From Octopus vulgaris (lineage: Eukaryota): a stretch of 64,000 nt of DNA. The notes beneath the pieces are model-generated. The model was given only the letters and a program-made list of their open reading frames with translations, was not told the origin of the DNA and did no database searches. The translations under genes and the position numbers were made by a program. The DNA lies in assembly GCA_951406725.2 (NCBI GenBank), contig OX597815.1, positions 144,584,001-144,648,000 on the forward strand, given 5' to 3'. Positions within the stretch are counted from its first letter, which is position 1. Each line of letters starts with the position of its first letter. This document shows, one piece after another, positions 63,568-64,000 of the stretch.

Positions 63568-63927
63568 AACAAGTGCACTCAGAGAGCGCAAACCGCCTAG
63601 ACAACACCAACGTCCTCTCGACGATTAGCCGGAGATGATTTTTAAAATGAGACTGTCTGAAATAAACTCGTCTGCTCTCACAAATGAGAATACTAAAAAT
63701 AAACCCAACCGCTCTCAACAATAAGGTAAAGAAACAAGAAAAATAATCCAGAACTCTTGTCCGGTACCGGATTGATCCCAAAATCTAATCAGTTCGTGCC
63801 AGTCACGAGGCCAAACATCCCTGAAAGTTTCATCCGAATCCATCCAGCGGTTCTTGAGATATCTTGTCCACGGACAAATTTACACGACAGAAAATAATAC
63901 CTCTACCTTCGCTAAGGCGGAGGTAAC
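63568..63927. mobile_element. Non-autonomous element resembling Helentron-associated/DINE-1-like (or Crypton-type) families
   Basis: Starts aacaagtgcactcagagagcgca; central aaagtttcatccgaatcc..ttcttgagatatc core; terminal hairpin acctctacctt-cgct-aaggcggaggt. Confidence 0.5.
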
Positions 63928-64000
63928 TATAAGACTGTAACAAGAAGAAAAACAGCCAGTTTAACACAACCAGGACTAAATCCCTTCATCATTATGAATA

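Overview
Eukaryotic, AT- and microsatellite-rich animal DNA, probably an octopus (inferred from the tRNA-SINE families and repeat landscape; not database-verified). Only one host coding exon is supportable: a minus-strand first exon at 38088-38259 encoding an RVxF motif and the start of an ankyrin repeat (PPP1R27/PPP1R12/PPP1R16-like PP1 regulator). Everything to its left may be one very large intron. The rest is mobile DNA: a 5'-truncated CR1-group LINE with an intact RT frame (present twice because ~7.9 kb is duplicated across a 100-N gap, probably an assembly artefact), Tx1/L1, RTE and two R4/Dong-like RLE LINE remnants, a decayed Penelope-like element, a Tc1 pseudogene, several MITEs, a Helitron and many SINEs. 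The most interesting patterns are: (1) a dispersed set of type I hammerhead-ribozyme-like motifs and long fold-back elements carrying the hammerhead GAAA-palindrome-UH half, likely derived from Penelope pLTRs; (2) two SINE families whose 3' tails match two different LINEs in the same window (CR1-group and Tx1); (3) each LINE family sitting in its own microsatellite type (GATA, TA, TAA, CATA). Most ORF-track entries are microsatellite translations.
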